From the NCBI GenBank assembly GCA_052426225.1, contig JBNJNM010000012.1, positions 2,170,001 to 2,234,000 of the forward strand: DNA of 64,000 nt, written 5' to 3'. The stretch's first letter is position 1; each line of letters starts with the position of its first letter. Shown here one piece after another: positions 33,093 to 45,097 of the stretch. A model generated the notes under the pieces. It was not told where the DNA came from and did no database searches. It saw only the letters and a program-made list of their open reading frames with translations. The position numbers and the translations under genes were made by a program. Source of the stretch: Zancudomyces culisetae HAW-14-8. Taxonomy: Eukaryota > Fungi > Kickxellomycota.

Positions 33093-34565
33093 ATGGATAG
33101 CAAAACTAAATCGACAACAAAAAAAAAGTCGGAAAGCGAAAACATACTGCTAGAGCGAATCGAACGAAGCAACGGTGGCGAAGACGGCGTCCATTCTCAA
33201 AGTAATAATGTGGGATCCAGCCAAAAAATGAAAAATTCTGGTGGAATGGGCCAGGATCAACCAAATGATAGCGTAGGTATTGAAATTGGAACACTAGATT
33301 CCACTTTGCACCAAAAAACTGAAAACTCCGCCGAACAAGACACGAGCGAGGCCCGAAATGCAGACATACGAGAGGATATACCAGTAGATAGCGTTATTAA
33401 CCTCCCTACCCCTTGTAGTGAAGCTAACACTAGTACTTCTACTCCTACTTCCGAACCTGGACCGTTTCCCTCGCTTTTTTCGCAGTTTAGATATATAATT
33501 GCCAATTTTTCAAATAGATTCTCCGATATTCCAAGACGAAGCAAGATACTCATGTATGTGGGAAGAAGTTACACCCTTCTGAAAATCGTTACATGTGTGC
33601 TAATACTCTGTTTAACTATGAACCAATCCTGTGATCAACCCCTACGACTTTTTCTGATTTTTACTGCTTCTCTTGCTTTTGCAAGTGGAATTACGGATGT
33701 AACTAATAGAGTTTATAGAACAGATCCCGAGAGACACTCAAACGCATTTCTGAAACTTTCCTCTCAGTTAGCCGAGCTATGGGTGATATTGAGCATCATT
33801 TTGTTTTTTTTTGGAAATATGTGGCTATTTACATCAAAATCGTGCTCCACAACATCCAAACCCGTGTTTTATTTATCGGTAACACTGATAGTGCTAAACT
33901 ATATGATGTTTTTCATACCAGTAATACTGCTGCTCTCTTTGGTATTTTGTTTCCCCCTTGTGCTGCTATTTATAAGTCCATTTGTGGATGTCCAGGCGCC
34001 AATTTTGGGTGCAACACAGAGCGAAATAGATTCCATAAAGGTAGCCAGGTTCAAACCTAAGGAAAATGTGACGGAAACAGCAGCCAACGCGCTCTCTGCG
34101 AGCTTGGGAACCCAAAAACCGATTCTTCCTCTTCACACCCAGGCTGATGGTTTACCTGATACCACAGAAGTGATTACACTTTCTAATGAACAAACAGGGT
34201 CTCAATCTCGATCCACACTAACCTCATATCTGATCCGACCATTAATATTTTTTTCTAGGCCACGTCGAAATTTATTTTCGAGAAAAAAAGGGTCTTCTGC
34301 GTCACCACAGGTTGGATCTCCACTCTCAGCCAGTGTACCAATATTGAATATAGAAGATACTCGGGATGCGGTTTGTGCGATATGCTTGGCAGAGTACACT
34401 GATGATGATATGCTAAGAATACTTAAATGTGATCATCATTTTCATCAATCCTGCATCGACCAATGGCTCAAAATAAATAGACTTTGCCCGTTTTGCAAAA
34501 AAGACTGTATTACGGCACAGGCTGATACCTCTCAGCAGTGTCCACCTTCCTCTTCAAACGAATAA
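33093..34565 (+). CDS. Multi-pass transmembrane RING-H2 E3 ubiquitin ligase
   Basis: Four to five hydrophobic segments, CDQPLRLFL, GNMWLF, GATQSEID, CAICLAEY...CDHHFHQSCIDQWL...CPFC. Confidence 0.9.
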   Translation: MDSKTKSTTKKKSESENILLERIERSNGGEDGVHSQSNNVGSSQKMKNSGGMGQDQPNDSVGIEIGTLDSTLHQKTENSAEQDTSEARNADIREDIPVDSVINLPTPCSEANTSTSTPTSEPGPFPSLFSQFRYIIANFSNRFSDIPRRSKILMYVGRSYTLLKIVTCVLILCLTMNQSCDQPLRLFLIFTASLAFASGITDVTNRVYRTDPERHSNAFLKLSSQLAELWVILSIILFFFGNMWLFTSKSCSTTSKPVFYLSVTLIVLNYMMFFIPVILLLSLVFCFPLVLLFISPFVDVQAPILGATQSEIDSIKVARFKPKENVTETAANALSASLGTQKPILPLHTQADGLPDTTEVITLSNEQTGSQSRSTLTSYLIRPLIFFSRPRRNLFSRKKGSSASPQVGSPLSASVPILNIEDTRDAVCAICLAEYTDDDMLRILKCDHHFHQSCIDQWLKINRLCPFCKKDCITAQADTSQQCPPSSSNE

Positions 34566-35120
34566 ACCTGGATTCATTGCTCAGAACACATACCTTCTGT
34601 ATTTGTGTGTTCGTTAAATGATAGCCGTCTCGACCTAGCATGATAATTATTTAACTTATTTATTTTTATTAATACTTATATTCAATTTTTTAGTATTTAG
34701 TGTCTTGGACTTGGGTTTCTAGCTAGAAGGTATCCTTTTACAGATGCCTAAGATAGGCTATTTTTTTTTAGACATAGTACTATCTTTTATTAATGTATTT
34801 TATACCAGCAATTCCTTCTGCTAATAAAGTATGCTATCCGCCAACCCCTTGGTCAAGCCCAGATAGAGTCAATAACACCCAATGCTTGCAGCACTTAATT
34901 GAGAGTTGAGCCCGGGTTTGGCTACTACGTTTATGGTGAAGGTTTCAGGTTTTGGCTTCTCCCTAATAACATTTTGGCACTGTTCTCTTTCCAAATCGAA
35001 TTCCTAATTTCATTGGAAAAAATTTTTTTTTTTATATTTCATAGGTGATCGATTTAATTGAAAATACAGCTTTCTCAATAATATATCAAATACAACCGAA
35101 TAGAAAGAGCACTCTTGAAA

Positions 35121-35814
35121 ATGCACCCAAACAAACAGGCATTCGTAGAAGGTGTAGACCATGTCTTTACAAAGTGGACTGCACTGGCACTTGCAGTAAA
35201 ACAGGAATGGGGAGGACCTGATTCCGTGGCTAAACGAGACTGGATGGTTGATGCAGTAGTTCAAGAATTCGACACAAGTAAGTTTTTGGTGTCTAATCTT
35301 TATTGCTCACTAATTATAATTTGTATTTTGCTTTTTTTTTTTGCAACTTGGGTGTTTTTTAATGACGATTTCGTGACCTCATTTAATATTAGAACAGTTG
35401 CTATTCTAAGGATTGCAATTTACACTTCTCAAATTTTTAAATTCTTACAGATTTGCTATTAATATTGGATAAAAAATAGAGGGAGCAAAAATTGATCAGG
35501 AATACATTGAGGATCTGCTACTCCAGATAATGGAGGATGAATTTGAATGTAATATAGAAGACGGAAGCGAGCGAGACGTGTCTGCACTTATACTGCAGAT
35601 ATACAAGCAGTGTATAAGAGGAGACTTTACCTTGGTGGATAAACTTAGAAGTGAAATAGACTCCAGTTCTACACCGGGGCAAGCTGAAAGCAATGCTGTC
35701 AATATGTCAAAGGGCCAGGAAAGCACGGTACAACCTGAAAACGACGAAGAAAGTGAAGGTGAGGATTGTGAAGAGGGTTCCAATGACGATGCCGAGTCAA
35801 TGGATCAGGATTGA
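35121..35814 (+). CDS. TSR2: Pre-rRNA-processing protein Tsr2, 2 exons, about 163 aa
   Basis: Exons 35121-35277 and 35480-35814. WTALALAV...WGGPDS...KRDW, MEDEFECNIEDGS, acidic tail. Confidence 0.92.
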
Positions 35815-36603
35815 TTTTTGGTCATTTAGACACCTTGTACAGCCCTAACCACAACAAAGGGAAGATTTTTGCTTTTATATCCGCTTTTTTGTTTCCTAAA
35901 CACATTTATCGTCACAAGATTCGTGGGAGCGAGGGAAATTTGAATATTCTTGTAGGCGTATAAAACCTGCTAATGATGTAGTTTCACAGAGCTATAAACA
36001 TAGAAACCTGTTTTTCCTTAGACATCAGTAACTTTTATTAACCAAAATAAAAACACCAGCGCTGCTCTATTTGCATTAAAAATGCGTATATTTTGAGTTA
36101 GACGTCCCAATGTAATACCATTTGATGTAGGTGTATCTACAAATGTTCTTTTTTCTTACTGGGAAACGAGTGCTAGTATCATACTATTCTCGCATTTTTA
36201 TATCTTTTTTTATAGAACATCTACACTGAACATTAAGGGAAACCCAAAAGAAACCAAAGGGAATTTTTGATTGGAATAATATTGACGAATAACATTTATT
36301 AAGGACAAGAATGATGACTTGTTTGCAAATTCGTAAATAAACAATTTCTTGAATATCTTTGTTGTATTCAGGTCAAAAAAATCAGAATTCATCTTGCATT
36401 ACTTTACAATAAATACTTACCAGCCGAGAGAAATTCAAACATTCCTGGTGCAAAGGTCATTTTATACTATGTCTCTTATGAATCTTTATTCGGTACACAT
36501 ATATAAAAACATTTATGTATATCAATTCAAACTCCAAAATAATCGTTTTGAATTTAATATTATAGACGGCTGAAAAAATTGGGGATAAAAACAAAATAAA
36601 ACG

Positions 36604-39061
36604 ATGGAGAAAAGAAAGGACATGTTTTCGGAGAATGCCTTAGGGCAAGAAAAACAAAATAGTTGGGAGCAGATTTTAAAAGCTGCAAGTATAAACAAGA
36701 CTGTGCAAACCAAAAACTTGATAATTATGGGAGATGGAAATAGTGGGAAATCCGTCGCAATAGCACAACTAATCAAGTGGACACAGACACCGGGTGTGGG
36801 GAATGGTTTGGAATTAAATGATGCGGCTGGAAATATCAACAAACAAGTAAAAGCAGAAGAAAATAATGAAGAGAATGACCTCCAAATACTAATGGCCGCT
36901 GGAAAGAACGAACTGGGGCTGACATATATTTCATTGGATATACATGATGAAGAATATGAAAGTGAGAACTTTTTTTTTTTTGAATAATGAATTTTGAGCT
37001 TACTCAATGTGGTTTTATATGGAACCCTATGTACTTTTTTTTATTGGTTTTAAATTGAAATTTATGATGCCGGATTTGAACTACATTACTAAAAAGAGTA
37101 AATAACAAATAATTGTATAGAAACGATCATGAGGCTTGGTATATACCAGCTATCATCACAACATGCAGCAGACAAGGGAATCTTGAAACACGCGATTAAC
37201 AAAGATAACTTTTTGGACACAGCAGTAGTGATAATGCTGGATTGGACACAGCCTTGGAACTTTATAAGGTCGCTGCTGCGCTGGATTCATGTTTTGCGAG
37301 AGGCAGTGTACGAAATAGAGAAAGAGAAAGGAGGCAAACATGTGGTTCAGCTGGGTAAAGACGAGTTGGAGCTGTTTTTACAGCGATATTCGGAACCAAC
37401 AGAAATGACAATCGAAGAGAGCGTGATGGACATTGAGCAACAGGAATCAAGGCTTAGCAAAGAGGAGCTAAATGTTTTACTTCCGCTAGAGAAGGGTGTA
37501 CTTGATAGCAATATGGGTATCCCAATTGTGATTGTCTGCGCGAAGGTAAGTTTATTCTCTGTTTTTTTTTATACTTTAGAGACATCTTGGCCTTTTGTTT
37601 TAACAGTTCTCTATTATTTATTTGTGTTGCCCACAATGACATGTGTCCAAAATATGTATACTATTTAGTCAGACGCAATGGTGAAACTGGAAACAGAAAG
37701 AGGGTTAAAGGAGGAGGATTTTGATTATATACAGCAAACTCTTCGCACTATTTGCTTAAATTGTAAGTAGTTTTATCTTTACTTTCACTCCGTTCATTTA
37801 GTTTGTATATATTATCTACTTCTTTCCATAATTAATAGTAATTCATGAATACCATTTTTGGTGGTATGCAGCGCTCAGAAATAGGGTTCTTCGGATTTAA
37901 ACTCACATATAAATGCTTATAATTGTAGATGGTGCATCCCTCTTTTATACATCACTGGCTAAACCCATGTCTTACGCAGAGCTTAGGCACTACATTGTAC
38001 ATAGGCTGTTGAATCGAAAAGATGTTGCACATCACCTCGAGAATTCTAGAGAGGAAAAGTCGATGTCCGACAATATGGTTGTAGACCTGTCCCACGAAGC
38101 CTCGGTATTACCCTTCAAAAATGTAGGCTCTGATTTATCGAAATCAGCAAACTCGTATCCTTTTAGACTGAGGGCACAGGTTATTGACCGCGATGTTGTT
38201 CGAGTTCCTTCAGGCTGGGACTCTAAGGCCAAAATCCAATTCCTGAGGGAGGGATTCAAGCAGGAGGAATGTATCAATACCTGGAAGAGCGATCTTGGCA
38301 GGTTCGAATTATACGTGCAAAAGCTGGAGGAAATGCTCTCTGATCCTTCCGCAAATCCAAAATTCAATTTGGCCAAGCTCATAGCAAAATCTCAAAAGGA
38401 CGCGGATGAAATATGTATGCATGATCAATCTGGTTTGCTACATCTTTATTCTCAGGTTATACACCCGCCATCTTACAATATTCCTGGTCCAAATAATACT
38501 ACAATATCCACTCATATCAGCCCAGAGCTGGTCGATTATGGAGCCACCGCAGCAAGCCTTTATTCCAATCTTGCTACCTTTGAAGGAAATCAAAACTTCT
38601 TACAGAAACTATACCAAGACCAACAATCCCGCTCTGAATCCAGTGAAGACCTTTATTCGGTCGCCGATTCCAGGCCAAGGAGCCACAAACATTCCATTTC
38701 ATCCACCACCTTGGCCAACAAAAACCCAAGCCTTCTTCCAACTTGGAATGCGACGCAGTCACGGTACAATAACAGCGAAAGCTTGTTATCAACTGCAATA
38801 CCTCCTCTAGCTAATCAACCCACTTCTATCTCCCCTCCTCCGGTTACCAACGCCACCACTTCCGACAAGACTTCATCTGTACTATCTTCAGCGTCAAAAA
38901 AGGCTTCGAGCTCTTCTCCAAAGCCACAAAGCTCAGGGTTCACCCCCACCCCAATTTCTACCTCTACATCTACATCCACTACTTCTGGAAAACCCTCTGA
39001 AGTTCTCAGCAGCTTTTTTCAAAATTTGCTTGATAAAAAGACCACTTCGCAGCAAAAATGA
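36604..39061 (+). CDS. Cytoplasmic dynein light intermediate chain, 4 exons, about 669 aa
   Basis: Exons 36604-36961, 37121-37545, 37669-37762, 37929-39061. GDGNSGKS, LGLTY, LDWTQPW, MGIPIVIVCAKSD, FDYIQQTLRTICLNYGASLFYTS, VPSGWDS, EVLSSFFQNLL. Confidence 0.92.
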
Positions 39062-39408
39062 GTCCAAGCTATCTACTTTGACCACATCTTCTTATGTGTA
39101 CCATTTGGCTTTAGTTTGTTACCAGTTTTGCTCTCACACTTTTGATTTTACTTGATAGATTGTTCTTGAATTGAAAACTCGACATTCCTGCTAATTTTGC
39201 GGGTTTTCGGGTTTTCGGTTTGCTAATAATCACCGCCCCTATATATAATAATAGGCTCATTTATCTACTATTAGCCCACCATTTTTTTTAGACTTGTAAA
39301 TTCGGCTTTATATAGATAATAATACAAAAAAAAATCAAACTAAATGCAAAATTTTAAATATGATATGGCTACGAGCTATTCAAAACCCATGTATTCTATG
39401 CAATTTAC

Positions 39409-40959
39409 TCAAATTCTATAAGTACCCGTTTTATTTCTGATGCTCGAAAGAAATTCGATGGCATCGGTACCTCCTGTTCCCACTACAGCCTTCCCTTCTT
39501 CTACAGCCTGGGCAAGCCCGTTTACAACTGCCTTGGGTGTAACAGTTACAATTTTTTCAGTTATGATGGGTGAGTTGACTCTTGTTCTGTCACCTACTGG
39601 GCTGGCATCTCTGCTGTTCACAGCTGAGCTTCCGGCTGTGCGACCAGACCTTGCTTGCTCAACCACATATTTCTTGACAATAAATATATGGCTACTCCTA
39701 AATGCCTTTAGTGCGGAAATGCAGTTGTTGTATGCCTTTATCAAGCCAATCTTTTGAGCCTTACTTGGCTGTGCGGATTCAGTTGTTTCACCATCGGAAA
39801 GGTTCTCATTAATCTCAATTTGTGGTGTAAATTCTGTCGTGCTAGGCTTGGAGATCCCACGTGTGTTTTCAAGCACATATCGTCTGATACCTGGCGCTCC
39901 AGCTAAATCCTCTAAAAACAATTTATGGAGGGATGGCATGTGATCTCTCATTCTTAGCAAGTAGTGGTTTTGAGGTGGTCTGACTTCTGGCACTCTGCTG
40001 CTAGGCTGGGGACTGTCTGGCCGTGCATTTTCCGCGCTAGCACTAGTTGGATAGTAAGCTATCCCGAGTGCTACATCTATTGCCTGTAAAACTGAACTTT
40101 GTGCTGCGCTACCTCCAGGATATTTCTTGTACAAACTGCTTTCTGTGTCACTGCCATCAGTTAAGTATGTATCGTCTACTTTCTCTGCACCCTCATACAT
40201 TACGCCATGCTCCAACCCAGCATCCTTCATATTTTCCCATCCTGCCAAGTATTGTCTTATTTTCCAGTAAAACATATATGGATCGTTTTTTTCATACATT
40301 CTGTTTAAGATTTTGGTTATCAATACAATGCTTTTTGCTAGACTTAGCAATGCATTTGTAACCCCATCCATGTTATTTGCACCTACATTGGAAATGGCCT
40401 TTCCAATATCGCGCAGTATTTCTCCACCCTTGGCTTCAATCGCCACTGAAACAAGATAAAACCAAGCTTCGTCAGGAGACCCAGTAAAGGTTATTAGTGA
40501 TGCCAAGTTATCCAATTCCATTCTCTCTCTATTCGTGTCCAAAACTTCCCAGTTCCAGAGCACAACAGACGCGTTGGTCACAACTGGTTTGATTCCTAGA
40601 TATCGTGACACCTGCCACAGTGGAACTGCTATACACTCTGGTATGACATCTTCTGCCTTCTGGTGAAGTCCCCAGACATAAGAGTGCGCCAAGAATGTCA
40701 GCACTACGTATGCCCGTTGGTATTCTCTTCTGCATGTAAGCCTGTCTATGGAGAGCAGTGGGAGTTGCAACACTCTTTCCCTGAAGCGACCGGCTAGAAG
40801 ATGGTCGGTGAGCCTGGAAACTAAATCTTCCCATGGACTGTAATACTCATCTGGTAGTCTAGAAAGGGGAGTTTGTTCAGGAGTAAATCCATTAACTAGA
40901 TTTACGTCATATTCCTCCAGACTTCTGGGCATAAAACTCCAGTTTTCTGTTGTTTGCAT
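39409..40959 (-). CDS. BNA2: Indoleamine 2,3-dioxygenase (Bna2-like)
   Basis: NGFTP...LP...Y.PWE, AYVVLTFLAHSYVW, FTGSPDEAWFYLVS, IRQYLAGW, GGSAAQSS, FRSSH (proximal heme His), GTGGT. First ATG at 40959. Confidence 0.93.
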   Translation of the reverse strand: MQTTENWSFMPRSLEEYDVNLVNGFTPEQTPLSRLPDEYYSPWEDLVSRLTDHLLAGRFRERVLQLPLLSIDRLTCRREYQRAYVVLTFLAHSYVWGLHQKAEDVIPECIAVPLWQVSRYLGIKPVVTNASVVLWNWEVLDTNRERMELDNLASLITFTGSPDEAWFYLVSVAIEAKGGEILRDIGKAISNVGANNMDGVTNALLSLAKSIVLITKILNRMYEKNDPYMFYWKIRQYLAGWENMKDAGLEHGVMYEGAEKVDDTYLTDGSDTESSLYKKYPGGSAAQSSVLQAIDVALGIAYYPTSASAENARPDSPQPSSRVPEVRPPQNHYLLRMRDHMPSLHKLFLEDLAGAPGIRRYVLENTRGISKPSTTEFTPQIEINENLSDGETTESAQPSKAQKIGLIKAYNNCISALKAFRSSHIFIVKKYVVEQARSGRTAGSSAVNSRDASPVGDRTRVNSPIITEKIVTVTPKAVVNGLAQAVEEGKAVVGTGGTDAIEFLSSIRNKTGTYRI

Positions 40960-43360
40960 GTTTGTATTACGCAATTTCTTTTTTAATAATCTTGAAGTAT
41001 AAGCAAAACTAGTTTTTCTCCAGTTTTATATATTTTATTTTCTAATAACTCGAAATAAGCGTTTTATTTTCTACTTTATCTGCTTCAGGAAGTTTGCTAC
41101 TTAAAAAGCCTGAATATCACTATCAATGCGTTATCGATTTAAAGAAGGTGAAGGAGTTGTCGTTGGAGGTCTTTTTATAGCTTTCAATTAGTACTGACAA
41201 TACTTTGAATTTGTAACATACCTTAAGCTACTCGCTAATGCGTAATCTAAAGGGTACTTTTTCTTTTCTTTTTTTTTGCTATACCATTTTTTTCCCTAAT
41301 TACTCTTTATTTTTTAATCCAATTATGACAGTTTAGATTTTTGGGTCATTTTCAATTCACCAATTTCATTCAAGGAGCATTGAACTTTCCCACCTTCTTT
41401 CCTAATTCTGCACTTTTTGCTTTTTTTGCTTTTTTTGCTTTTTTTTCTTTGGTACTTTTCAACCTCCTCTCAAAGCTAATAAACTAAGGCGACTGATTAA
41501 ATTTGTCATTAATACTGCTGATTGGCTTAGCTACTATTTTGATTTTATAAAATTTTTGCGTTTTGACTTTTCTAAATTTAGGGGAACATCAATAAAAACT
41601 TGTTTCAAAAATGCTTTATGACTAAAAAGGCAATGACTAATGAACGTGGGAAGCTAGAGTTTAAGAACAAATAAAATACAGATGACTCAATTAACCGGAG
41701 CATCCTGGTGTTAAAGGTATTATTGTCCTGTGGAAAAAAATAAACACATCACCAATATCCACCAATTTTGTATTTCTTAAGCATTTATTGGTCAACAATA
41801 ATTCCCTTTAAAGCAACATCCCTGATGAATTATCACCTAGGATTTAACTTTTCTGTGCTATCACATTTTTTGTTTGCTTGTGGAGATGACAGTTTTATCA
41901 ACGATACAAAATACTTTTCTGAGGAATCACGAACAATAGTATGAAAAAGAAGAAAAAATATAGGTGTTGTTAAAAAGCTGATACGGAGAACAGCCAAACT
42001 GGTGCAGAGTTTGTTGGATCTTTGCGGTTAATGGGGCAAGAACACTTTAATTACGTAAATATGTACAATACAATTACCCCTGTTGTGCTTTAAAAAATCA
42101 CTATTTCTGAACTGTTGGTATGATGAAACACTTTAAACATTTTAGGCACAATTTATCTTGAGATTCAATTTATTCAAAGTACAACCATCCACCGATTTTT
42201 GTATTGTGTGCGTTTCTATAGGTTCTGGCGAGAATGAGTGTGGGAATATTGTTTTGCAATCAATTTATTCTTGCAAATATCATATTGGTAGCCTCATCAA
42301 ACTTCTTATTTTTGAGTATGATCTGGATAAGATCAAGGTTCGACAGATAACAAATTTAAACATCCTTTGTAAATTGTGCTTAAAAGATTCAACAGATAAA
42401 GACGTATTCACAGCTATCAAAGCAGAAAGTGGTAGAGTGCTGTTTGGTAGGATGAAACCACTTCTGCCAAAAGTACGTCTCCCCTAAAAGTCATTTTCTT
42501 TCGCCAAGCGATTCCATTGATTATTTTATTTTTTTGGTGGAATGATGGGCAGTATCGATTATTATTGAAAATATTACTATTAAAAAATTTAATATTTAAA
42601 ACTGTTGTTTTTGAATACCTCATACAATTTGTAATGCAGCCAATAAACACTGGGTAAATTTGGTGTGCCGAAACCATCTTTATGTTGTTTTTATTTATAT
42701 TTCATGTGTGCAGACTTTTAGTCTAAGATTATACGAGCTTTGAAGAATTAGTCTGCTAATTACTCAATTGCGTATACAAAGGCGAATTCCATGATATGAC
42801 CCACAATAAAAAAATACATACAGATTTGGCTCGATTTTATGACAGAATAGAAATTGTGATACTTTATTATGGAATCTGCAAAATAGGCGAATTGGAGCAC
42901 AGAAAATCATTCAAAGTTAATGAATCACAATGGTAGTCATAATCACAATCCCGCAATTTTATTTCCCAGCCCCGCCTTTTTCCAACTATTTTTTCTTGTT
43001 TGCTTGCACTAAATGGTAAATAAGCACGCCTCTAAACTACACTAGTAGGTTATGTATACAGTTTTTAAGGATCTGTGATTTAGTTTATATTATTTTAATA
43101 TGAATATTCTCAGCTTTAATGATTTTCTTCACGAGATTCAAAGAGAAAAAATAATCATCCGTTATTGCATTGGTATTTCTAACTGGAAGGATTGAGTAGC
43201 TTTTTGCTAGAAATCAAAAGTAGTTTTACCTGCATCAAATACCACATTTTCTTCCAAAAACAAAAACTAATCACAAACTACGAGCAATTGTATTCTAATT
43301 GCCATTCCATGGCTTTTTTTCTTTCATGTATTTATACACACTTCAGAAGTATTTGGTATA

Positions 43361-43390
43361 TTGTATTTGTATTTGTATTTGTATTTGTTT
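43361..43390. repeat. (TTTGTA)n microsatellite
   Basis: ttgtatttgtatttgtatttgtatttgttt. Confidence 0.75.
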
Positions 43391-45097
43391 TTTTTACTGA
43401 AAATATCCCTGTTCTACTAACCCAGCAAGAGGTTTCCGCTATGGATCCATTCATTTTGTTCTATCATCCACGTAAAAAGAGCACAGTATCAGTTTGACCA
43501 TGAGTTGTGGTTTGTCATCCACATTTCCGGTCAAACTGGGCTAGAGTGACATTATCATTTTTGATCAAGCGAGGATCTCTGTAGATACACTTCTACACTA
43601 GAAGTATATTCTAACTGTGCATTTGTTTCCTTAAAAAAATCCACACAAATGGTAGATATAAGACACGCGTACATTTTTATTGGATTTCTTGCAAATGAGG
43701 AAAAAGGAAAACCGGAGAAAGCAGTCGCAAACATAACACGTGACCTCTACCATTCATTCATTCATGGCTCGCCTTATTTTTTTTGAGTCAATCTTCTTTA
43801 TATGTACTATGTTAGCGAATGTTTTTTTCAAACGCCGATATTCAAACGGTCTACTTGTGTTGTCTGCTAACCGTGGTTTGCGTATTTTAAGGTGTTTGAT
43901 ATACACCTGATTCATACAGTTCCACACTTCTCATCTGGAATAGATAGTCAAACTTTAAACTATACTCTGTTTGTATAAATAATAATGTTTTACAGAGGTA
44001 TTTAAGACATAAGATTTAATTATATGCTATAGAGAATCCCAAAAATAAGTGTTATAAGCTCGGAAAAAATGAGGTACTTTGTTCAATGCTTAAGCTCCAG
44101 GCTCGTTTAGTTGGTGTTTTTTCTACTAACTTTGCAAAAGACAAGGAAAAAGTAAAAAACGTGGAAACAAAGTTTTTAGGGTTGGTTTAGAGGATGCTAG
44201 CAAAGAGCAGCAATATGATAAATCATTAGATATGTATACCGAAAATTTAGAGCTGAAAGGGAAGATACACTATATAATACAGGTTGCTTCATTGGTTAGG
44301 CGTGATCTTGTATTCTTATAGGAATTACCCTCTCATGCACTGCTAACAGCTTGATCTATAGACAGCTGTATTTTATTTTCCTCATGGTATTAGTGCACTG
44401 TCTACAACTATTTGTTGTTATTTGAGCCCTCCGAGCGAGAAAACATGACTTTATTTGGAGCCAATTTCTTTTCTGCATCACCATTTCGTTTTTAAGAGGA
44501 ACCAATTATAGAGCGTTAGTGGCATGCTTAAGTTGCCTTTCATACGGTCTACAGGTCATTGATTTTAATTTTACTTCCATTCTCTCCTCCTTTTTCTTTT
44601 CCTCTTCGTCCCCACATTTTTCTCATAATCAACGAACCTATATTGACATTGATATTGGTATATCTGTTGAATATTAAAAAGAAAGTATCAGAGCCAATAA
44701 AAAAGCTAACCCTAGTAGCACCAATACAGTTCTGTTTGGACAGAAAATTGATCTCGGGCTTTGGTATCAGCACCTATTAATACAAATTTGCATTTGGCAC
44801 TAGAGTATTGCTGCCTTAATTTGCTGTTTGTATAAGTATGGAATAATGTAGTATATGGAAATTAAAACCATCTAATATTTTGTTGTGGGTGGAAAATTTC
44901 TTGCATCCTGCGGATTATTTTAATTCTACTTTTTTACAGTAAATGGGTCATACTGCCTTTTCCTCCTCTAAAACGGTATATTTTACATCGCACAACTAAA
45001 TAATACTTTCAATAGTCTCTGTTAAGTATATATATAAAACACAATAATAGATAGTCAATATCTGCTAAATACTGTAAGCCAACTTTAATTAAAAAAC

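Noticed and set aside
41850-42677. Short ORFs 42158-42487 (+) and 42417-42677 (-) and adjacent coding-like stretches
   Set aside because: No recognisable domain, a TTG start for the + ORF, and frequent stops nearby; cannot be supported as genes.
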